Assembly: GCA_021839245.1 (NCBI GenBank)
Contig: JAKCBQ010000005.1
Span: 4,043-68,042, forward strand
Source: Pseudomonadota bacterium
GTDB taxonomy: Bacteria; Pseudomonadota; Gammaproteobacteria; JAKAQQ01
DNA length: 64,000 nt
Direction: 5' to 3'
Position 1 is the first letter of the stretch. Each line of letters begins with the position of its first letter. A program made the translations under genes and the position numbers. Shown here piece after piece: positions 54,979-61,826 of this stretch. A model generated the notes under the pieces. It had not been told where the DNA came from, made no database searches, and saw only the letters and a list, made by a program, of their open reading frames with translations.

Positions 54979-55380
54979 TCAGAGGCTGCCGCTACGGACG
55001 CGGTGCAGCAGGCTGGCAATGAGGGCAACGAAGAGGTATTCCCCATGTTCCCCGTACGACAGCGGCGTAAGGAGAGCGATTGCGGCGGTTGTCGCCGCGA
55101 GGGCTGCGGCTTGAGCACCGTTCGGGAAACGGCGGCAAGGAGGTGCGATAAACGCATCGGCAAGCACGGTGGCAAAAAGTGACAAAACGAGGAGTAGAGA
55201 GTGGCGCAGGCGCTCCAGGCGGTGGTGAACCATGGTGGTGACCGGCCACGACAAGTGAGCGTGCGTCTTCTCGGGCCTGTGAAGCATCCCGAGAAGAACA
55301 TCGGCGCCGCAGAGCAACGCCGCCACAAGGAGAGCCGCGGCCCAGAGGCGTGCTGCGGAGAGTGTGGCGTAACGCTTCAC
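54979..55380 (-). CDS. Hypothetical small membrane protein between traG and trbB
   Basis: 133-aa ORF with about 3 predicted TM helices. 4-bp overlap with the traG stop. No ribbon-helix-helix signature, although a CopG-like regulator often sits here. Confidence 0.35.
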   Translation of the reverse strand: MKRYATLSAARLWAAALLVAALLCGADVLLGMLHRPEKTHAHLSWPVTTMVHHRLERLRHSLLLVLSLFATVLADAFIAPPCRRFPNGAQAAALAATTAAIALLTPLSYGEHGEYLFVALIASLLHRVRSGSL

Positions 55381-57230
55381 GTGGTTGGGATGCTCAAGGT
55401 ACGCCCCTTGATGAGCTGTCCTCCCGCGAGGCTGGCGATGAAGTGGCCTGTTGGCAGCGTTCCCAAGAGATCGGGAGGGATCCGCTCGCGTCTCTCAGCG
55501 CCGACGGAGCGCGAGTGAGATCCGCTGTGGTGTCCGTGCCCCTGACTGTCACGCCCGCGCGAGGTCGTACGGGCCACTCGGGCCACCGGGATGTCCTCAC
55601 GGCCGAATTGTTCGCTGCAGAAACGCTGGGTGAAACCGTCACGCACGCGAAACACCACGAGCTGCGTGGTGTTACCCACGATGACCCGTGCTGGGGCTTC
55701 TCCTCCCAAGCGCGCGGCGAGGTCGGAAAGGGTTTGCAGGCAGAGGGTGAGATGGAATCCACTGCCGCGCCCTTTGTTGAGAAGCTGGATGAACGCGGTT
55801 CCGGCGGTTTCACCGGCCTCATCGACATAGACTTGAACGGGATCCGCATCTCGTCCGTGTCCGTAACGGCGGGCCGCAAGCGCCGCGAGTTCGCCGAGGA
55901 AGAGAGAGCCGACGGCTTGCCCTACGAACGGATCCGCAAGCGTGTCGAGCCCGATGTACGCTACAGTACCGGGCCGGCATAGGAGATCGATGTTCCAGAT
56001 CGGGCGTGGATCCGCGGCGCCCTCTGCAGGCGAGAGAAGTCCTCGAAGTTCTCCGCTTGTGAGACTTCCAAGAAGCGGAAGAAGAGTGGCCACCATCTTC
56101 CCGTAGTGCCCAAGGTCGTGTTCAGCGACGGCAAGAATCTTGTCGATGGTGGGCTCGGCGCTGCGATCGCGGCGGTAGGCGGCGGCCAGGGAAGCAAACC
56201 ATGCTTCCTGAGTCTCTTGAGACGAACGAGCTCGGCCGCGATTTACTTGAAGCAGAGGGAACGGCCCGCGTTGCTGCACCCGTTTCTCGAGGAGGGATGT
56301 CGCGAGGGTGCGACCGCGCTCGAGAACATGACGGTGGAGGGTGGCCAGGGTGATCGGTTCGCCCTGGAGGCGTAGTCCTTCGCCGATGGCCTCGAGCACC
56401 ATCCATGAGAAAGCCACAAACGGTGAGGATCCCTCGCTGGCCGGGAGAAGACGGACGATCCGGCTGGCAAGCTCCGAGGTCCGGTTCGCCTCGGACAACG
56501 CGTCGAAGCGGCACGAGTGGGCGGGATGGCCAAGATGGAAATAGACATAGGGGCGCCCGTGACGTTGGGCTCCCTCGCGCATCCTTCGCTCAAGCTCTCG
56601 GTCGCCTTTGGGGTCGAGGACCAGCACGCACTGCCCACAAGCAATGTCCTGCTCGATGAGGGAACTGATCCAAAACGTTTTCCCGCTGCCTGGAGCTCCT
56701 AAGACGAGGGTGTTGCCGCTCCGTTGTGCATATGTCAGGCTGAGAAGCCGCTCTCGCCCCAGGCCGTGGAGCCTGGGATCGCCGCGGTCGTCGGTGGCGC
56801 GAGGGGGATTCACAGGAGGCCCCCGAAGACGTTCGTAAAGGCGCGCGCTCGTTCCCTCTGTCCAGGCAAATCCCCGCCCGACAACGTAGGTGCCGGGGCG
56901 TGCACGCCAGAATTCGGGGTCTCCTCGGTCTCGGTAGGGAACGACACGACGAAGGACCAGAGCCAAGGCGACGAGAAGCGCAACGCTCCCTTCGATCCGG
57001 TCCATGTCGGTTGTTTTGGGGTCTTGTCCCCAAGCCGCAAGAAGACACACAAGAGCGAGTGTGCACCAGAGGAGAAGGCGTAGACCAAGACGTGTGGAAG
57101 GGGAGTGCGTAGTCAACGTCGGACGCTTCTGGGAACCACGTCCGATCTTGTGGTGATCGGCCCCCGCTGTCGCGCTGAGACGCGGCCGTTCCGGCCCGTT
57201 CCGGCTTCCCCCGATTTTCTGACCCGCCAA
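55377..57230 (-). CDS. traG: Type IV secretion coupling protein (TraG/TraD/VirD4 family)
   Basis: N-terminal TM helices, Walker A GAPGSGKT, Walker B (VQVYVDEAG). Confidence 0.85.
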   Translation of the reverse strand: MAGQKIGGSRNGPERPRLSATAGADHHKIGRGSQKRPTLTTHSPSTRLGLRLLLWCTLALVCLLAAWGQDPKTTDMDRIEGSVALLVALALVLRRVVPYRDRGDPEFWRARPGTYVVGRGFAWTEGTSARLYERLRGPPVNPPRATDDRGDPRLHGLGRERLLSLTYAQRSGNTLVLGAPGSGKTFWISSLIEQDIACGQCVLVLDPKGDRELERRMREGAQRHGRPYVYFHLGHPAHSCRFDALSEANRTSELASRIVRLLPASEGSSPFVAFSWMVLEAIGEGLRLQGEPITLATLHRHVLERGRTLATSLLEKRVQQRGPFPLLQVNRGRARSSQETQEAWFASLAAAYRRDRSAEPTIDKILAVAEHDLGHYGKMVATLLPLLGSLTSGELRGLLSPAEGAADPRPIWNIDLLCRPGTVAYIGLDTLADPFVGQAVGSLFLGELAALAARRYGHGRDADPVQVYVDEAGETAGTAFIQLLNKGRGSGFHLTLCLQTLSDLAARLGGEAPARVIVGNTTQLVVFRVRDGFTQRFCSEQFGREDIPVARVARTTSRGRDSQGHGHHSGSHSRSVGAERRERIPPDLLGTLPTGHFIASLAGGQLIKGRTLSIPTT

Positions 57231-57242
57231 GGCGGGAAGGGG

Positions 57243-58169
57243 TCATGGGAGCGTGAGGGGCTTGTGCGGGCCGGCAGCAACCATGAGAAGCGGCACGTCG
57301 AGTCGCTCGATCAGCCGTCCCGGCAGATGTTCGTGTCCCCATGCCGCGAGCCCGTGACGCCCGTGACTCGCGAGAACGACAAGGTCAATGCCAAGCCGAT
57401 GGGTCAGCGACGCCAGAACGCCCGCCGGATTGCCCGTCTCGATAACGGGACGCACACGCACGGAATCTGTGTTTGCCTCCCGGGCGCAACGCTCCAGATA
57501 AGCCGTGCGTAGCCGTTCTCCACGACGGCGCAGAAAGCGATCCGCGTGCGGGGCGAAACGCGCGCGCAGGGCACCCAAGCCGTCAGTGTCTTGATGCCCC
57601 GGAAGGACATGGACGAGATCGACGCTTCCCTCGTCCTCGCTCGCGAGCCACAAGGCACGTTGAAGGGCAGTTTCGTGACTCCTGTCGCCATCCAGTGGGA
57701 CGAGAAAATGGTGCGGTCCTGGTGCCGGGGGGAGAGAGCGAGGTGTGAGCTGAAGCACGTCGCATCGGGCCCGTGCCAGAACTCTTTGGGCGACACTACC
57801 ACGGAGCCAGCGGCGTGGGTCGACGCGGCCGTGTGTGGCGAGGAGCACCACATCGCATTGCTGATCGTCAGCCGTGAGGGAGAGGGCGTTCGCAACGTCT
57901 TCGGGAGACGATCGCCGCAGCATGCAGGCGGTAGTGTGGCCGATGCGGCGTAGCCTTTCTGCGCAGTCCTCGAGATAACGTGCCGCCGTTTGGGCGTCGT
58001 GCAAATGAGGGGCTCCATGGACCCGCTCGGGCCCGCCCTCCTCCACGATGTGGACGAGCGTGATGGTGCAACGACCGGGCGCGGCCCAGCAAGCGACGAG
58101 ATCGAGAAGATGCTCGGCCCAGGGCGTACCATCGAGGGCAAGAAGAAGGCGACGGTAGGGCAGTGTCAT
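57243..58169 (-). CDS. Universal stress protein (tandem UspA domains)
   Basis: Two USP domains (308 aa). Ends 12 bp upstream of the traG start. Overlaps the mntH stop. Confidence 0.72.
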   Translation of the reverse strand: MTLPYRRLLLALDGTPWAEHLLDLVACWAAPGRCTITLVHIVEEGGPERVHGAPHLHDAQTAARYLEDCAERLRRIGHTTACMLRRSSPEDVANALSLTADDQQCDVVLLATHGRVDPRRWLRGSVAQRVLARARCDVLQLTPRSLPPAPGPHHFLVPLDGDRSHETALQRALWLASEDEGSVDLVHVLPGHQDTDGLGALRARFAPHADRFLRRRGERLRTAYLERCAREANTDSVRVRPVIETGNPAGVLASLTHRLGIDLVVLASHGRHGLAAWGHEHLPGRLIERLDVPLLMVAAGPHKPLTLP

Positions 58170-59497
58170 ATCTTGATGCCCAGAGTCTGGAGGATCAGTA
58201 CGACGTTGAGGCCTGTGATGGCCCAGGCGAGACCGTAGGCCACGACGACGGTCGTTCGACGGTTACGTAACGAGCCCATGAGTTTCCGGTCGGATGTGAA
58301 GCGCGCCAGAGGGAGAAGAGCCAAGGGAAGACCGAAACTGATGATCACCTGGGTCAAGACGAGGACCGCGGTCGGCGAAAACCCCGAGGCGATCACAAGA
58401 AACGCCGGAATCATGGTGAGGCCCCTCCGAAGCCAAAGCGGAAACCGACGACCGAGAAAGCCTTGCATGATGACCTGACCGGCCACCGTGCCGACGGTGG
58501 ATGAAGCCACGCCCGAGGCCAGAAGGGCAAGAGCGTAGAGCAGGGCCGCCCCTGTGCCGAGAAGTGGGACGAGTGTTCGGTAAGCCTGGTTCAATCCGGC
58601 CACGTTGACGATCCCGTCGTGATGAAAGGTGGCGGCAGCCATGATCAGCATGGCGAGATTGGTCAGTGTGGCCACGGCCATGGCGATGCCGATATCAAGG
58701 GTTTCAAAGCGAAGTATGCGCCGTTTGGTTCGCGCGTCGCGGACCGGCAGACGGTCCTGTGTCAGGGCCGAATGGAGAAAGATGACGTGGGGCATCACGG
58801 TGGCCCCGACGATGCCCACCGCGAGATAGAGGGCTCCGTGGGGCAGCGAGGGAAGGAAAAGGCCTCGGGCCACGTGGGACCAATGTGGGCCGCCGAGGGG
58901 GATCTCGACGAGATACGCGAGTGTGACAAGGGAGACAACCGCGGCCATGACGGCTTCCAAAGGACGGAAGCCGTGCCGTTCGAGGGTCAGAACGAGGACA
59001 ACCGTGATTGCGGTGAGCGCTCCCCCCACCGGCAGGCTGACCGCGAGCAGTATGTGGAAGGCAATACTTGCACCGACGAACTCGGCCACGTCCGTTGCCG
59101 CCGCAACGACCTCCATAGAAACCCAGAGGATGGCGATCGTTTTCGGCCCGTAATGTTCGCGGCAAAGCTCGGCGAGATTGCGTCCGGAGGCGAGCCCAAG
59201 CTTGGCGGCAAGATACTGCATGACGGCCGCCGTGAGGCTGGCGCCGGCAACCACCCACAAAAGTGCGTATCCGAACGCCGATCCCCCCTGAAGATTGGTC
59301 GCGAAGTTTCCCGGGTCGATGTAGGCGATGGCGGCGATAAACGCCGGCCCGAGAAACGGGAGGAAGCGCGCAGGGCCACGGCGGGGACTTCGGCCCTCAA
59401 GGACTTCCAGAGCGTCGTCCTTCGTCCTTCGGCTCGAACTGCGTAAGCGTTCCGCGAGATCCACTCGAGACTCCCGCACACGTGACGGCACGATCAT
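58166..59497 (-). CDS. mntH: Nramp-family divalent metal (Mn2+/Fe2+) transporter MntH
   Basis: GPAFIAAIAYIDPGNFATN (DPGN motif), 11-12 TM. Confidence 0.85.
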   Translation of the reverse strand: MIVPSRVRESRVDLAERLRSSSRRTKDDALEVLEGRSPRRGPARFLPFLGPAFIAAIAYIDPGNFATNLQGGSAFGYALLWVVAGASLTAAVMQYLAAKLGLASGRNLAELCREHYGPKTIAILWVSMEVVAAATDVAEFVGASIAFHILLAVSLPVGGALTAITVVLVLTLERHGFRPLEAVMAAVVSLVTLAYLVEIPLGGPHWSHVARGLFLPSLPHGALYLAVGIVGATVMPHVIFLHSALTQDRLPVRDARTKRRILRFETLDIGIAMAVATLTNLAMLIMAAATFHHDGIVNVAGLNQAYRTLVPLLGTGAALLYALALLASGVASSTVGTVAGQVIMQGFLGRRFPLWLRRGLTMIPAFLVIASGFSPTAVLVLTQVIISFGLPLALLPLARFTSDRKLMGSLRNRRTTVVVAYGLAWAITGLNVVLILQTLGIKI

Positions 59498-59536
59498 AAC
59501 CCCGAGCAGGCGTTAGGGAGACTGTTTGTATAGTGG

Positions 59537-59552
59537 TTCTATTAAAATAGAA
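59537..59552. promoter_or_regulatory. Inverted repeat TTCTAT-n4-ATAGAA in the mntH/folE divergent promoter (candidate metalloregulator operator)
   Basis: ttctattaaaatagaa sits in the only AT-rich stretch of the 80-bp intergenic region upstream of mntH. Confidence 0.3.
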
Positions 59553-59577
59553 ATCCTGAAAAGTCACGGGCCCATTC

Positions 59578-60165
59578 TTGTCCGACACGTCTCCCCCTCC
59601 TGATCCACGTTTTGTGGAGTTGGTTGCCTGTTACCGCAGGATGCTTGCGTTGCTCGGCGAGGACGAGCAACGCGAAGGGTTGCGACGCACGCCCGGCCGT
59701 GCCGCCGAAGCTCTGCGTTTTCTCACACGCGGCTACGGAACGCGGCTTGAGGACGTGGTCAACGGCGCGCTTTTTGAAACCGATCTCGACGAAATGGTTG
59801 TGGTCCGAGGCGTCGAGTTCTACTCGTTGTGCGAGCATCATCTCCTGCCTTTCTTTGGGTACTGCCATGTCGGCTATCTTCCGCGTGGGCGTGTTCTTGG
59901 GCTGTCCAAAGTCGCCCGTCTAGTCGATGTTTTTGCGCGACGTCTTCAGGTTCAGGAACAGATGACCGTACAAATTGCGCGCGCTGTCTCCGAAGTGACC
60001 GGCGCCCTCGGCGTTGGTGTGGTCGTCGAGGCCCGACACCTGTGCATGATGATGCGCGGTGTCGAGAAGCAGCACAGTTCGACCACGACATCATCGATGC
60101 TTGGCGAATTTCGGCTTAACGCCGCAACCCGGGCGGAATTTTTGAGCTCTGTGGGTCGAAGTTGA
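59578..60165 (+). CDS. folE: GTP cyclohydrolase I
   Basis: FolE core [23 protein letters not shown] with the zinc-binding CEHH. Confidence 0.88.
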   Translation: MSDTSPPPDPRFVELVACYRRMLALLGEDEQREGLRRTPGRAAEALRFLTRGYGTRLEDVVNGALFETDLDEMVVVRGVEFYSLCEHHLLPFFGYCHVGYLPRGRVLGLSKVARLVDVFARRLQVQEQMTVQIARAVSEVTGALGVGVVVEARHLCMMMRGVEKQHSSTTTSSMLGEFRLNAATRAEFLSSVGRS

Positions 60166-60298
60166 TGATGTTTGAGAGCTGTCTCGGAACGGATCGAAAA
60201 CCTCCGTACGCGAGCTCACAACGCGACGATCGACGACATCGCTAATTTTTGGCTCGCGCCGACGGGCATGGACCGTGCTTGCTTGAGCTCTCACCCTT

Positions 60299-60436
60299 GT
60301 GGGCTGTGATTGGGGCATCTGGTATCGGTTCGTCGGGCGCTATTACGTGACGACGGATGACGCTTATGTGCACGCGGACCGGATTCCGATCGCGAGTCGG
60401 CGTGCTGGGACGGTCGTGTTGATCAGCGTGGCCGAT
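60299..60436 (+). pseudogene. Remnant of an HlyD/EmrA-family membrane fusion protein gene (N-terminal about 45 codons only)
   Basis: WYRFVGRYYVTTDDAYVHADRIPIASRRAGTVVLISVAD aligns with the EmrA N-terminus (YWFLVLRHFEETDDAYVAGNQIEIMSQVSGSVTKVWAD). In-frame stop 15 bp upstream. No TM helix. Similarity is lost after about 45 codons. Confidence 0.3.
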
Positions 60437-60515
60437 TCTTCTGTCCGTCCCGTTGATCTGGATGGCGCGGGCCCTTCCGTCCGCGCGGAGCAACCCTCAC
60501 AGTTGAGCGCCCCTC

Positions 60516-61826
60516 TCAGGCTTCGTCGCTCTCCGGATTCACACGGTGGATCCCAAGACTGCGGAGCTTGCGGTAAAGATGTGTGCGCTCCATGCCGCTG
60601 GCCTCCGCAAGCCGCCCGATGCGCCCTTCGCAGCGTCGCAAGAGTTCTTCCAGATAAGCCCGCTCGAAACGCTCGCGTGCGTCGCGCAGAGGCAGGCCCA
60701 ACCAGTCCTCACCAAGGACGCTGCGGGGCGGGTGGGCGATGTCGTTCCGACGGGTGAGAACTTCCTGCACAGCCTCAGGGCTGATTTCTTCACTCTCGGC
60801 TTCATGGAGCACAGTTTCGACAACATGCGACAGCTGCCGGAGGTTGCCGGGCCAGTCTTGTTGACGCAGAAAATTCAGTGCGCCTATGGAAAAGCGCCGG
60901 TAGGGAAGCGCCTGGGCGGCCGTGAGCCGCTCGGCAAGTGTGGTGACCAGCTCGGGGATATCGGGGCGGTAATCGCGAACCGCCGGTACAGTGAGGACCC
61001 GGCGGCCCACACGTTCCAGAAGTTCCGCAGACACTTCGTGGCGTTCCATGCGGAGGCCAAGCTCCGAAGTAGCGGTGGAGATCAGGAATCGCCGACCTTG
61101 TTCTTCGGGACTGAGTGCGATGAGCCACGCGAGTAGACGATCTTGTGCCGCAGTCGTCAACCCCTCCAGATCTTGGAGACAGAGGGTTCCGCCCGTTGCC
61201 GCACGGATCCGGTCGACAAAAACCGTGGGAGACTCGATATCGGTCGGGGTGCAGGTGATGAACGGACCGTGGCGCTGCGTCCTCTCGTGCAAGGTCCGGG
61301 CAATTTCCTCTCGCCCGCTCCCGGGCTCTCCGATGAGGAGCGTTTCGAGAGGAAGGTGGACGAGAGCCGAGACGGCCTGCCGGAGCGCATGCAGCGTGCC
61401 GCTGCGGCCCCAGGCGGGATCAAGGAGAATCGGCGGCGGCGGTGGCACGGGAGACACTCGAACCTGCATTTCGAGGGCGCGGGCGACCGCCGAAAGGAGG
61501 CGACGTAAGGAAATGGGTTTTTCGAGAACATCCACCGCACCCCACCTCGACGCTTCGAGAGCCGCATCGATGGTGGCGTGGCCCGAGATCATGATGACGG
61601 GCGTCTTGGTGTGTCCGGACCATTCGCGCAGCAGGGTAATGCCGTCGGAATCGGGCAACCAGATATCAAGCAAAACCAGGTCGTAGGATCCTGAGCCAAG
61701 AGCCTGCCGAGCCTCTTCAGCGGTGCTGGCCGTGTCCACCCGGTAGCCCTCTTCGCTCAGAATCTCGTGCAGCAGAACGAGAATGTCGTGCTCGTCATCC
61801 ACGACAAGGATGCGGTTTGTTGTCAC
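60516..61826 (-). CDS. ntrX: NtrX-like response regulator (receiver, degenerate AAA+, Fis-type HTH)
   Basis: Receiver (VVDDEHDILVLL ... LLDIWLPDSDG), central AAA+ with Walker A GEPGSGRE (K to R), no GAFTGA. C-terminal HTH (ASGMERTHLYRKLRSLGI). Confidence 0.78.
   Translation of the reverse strand: MTTNRILVVDDEHDILVLLHEILSEEGYRVDTASTAEEARQALGSGSYDLVLLDIWLPDSDGITLLREWSGHTKTPVIMISGHATIDAALEASRWGAVDVLEKPISLRRLLSAVARALEMQVRVSPVPPPPPILLDPAWGRSGTLHALRQAVSALVHLPLETLLIGEPGSGREEIARTLHERTQRHGPFITCTPTDIESPTVFVDRIRAATGGTLCLQDLEGLTTAAQDRLLAWLIALSPEEQGRRFLISTATSELGLRMERHEVSAELLERVGRRVLTVPAVRDYRPDIPELVTTLAERLTAAQALPYRRFSIGALNFLRQQDWPGNLRQLSHVVETVLHEAESEEISPEAVQEVLTRRNDIAHPPRSVLGEDWLGLPLRDARERFERAYLEELLRRCEGRIGRLAEASGMERTHLYRKLRSLGIHRVNPESDEA

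Larger units (their letters stand above)
46146..57230 (-). mobile_element. Trb-type (MPF-T) type IV secretion / conjugative-transfer gene cluster, possible ICE remnant or domesticated T4SS
   Basis: Contiguous co-directional traG-orf-trbB-C-D-E-J-L-F-G-I with 4-bp overlaps. No relaxase, integrase or transposase seen in the window. Bounded by tRNA-Ser on one side and mntH-usp on the other. Confidence 0.55.
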
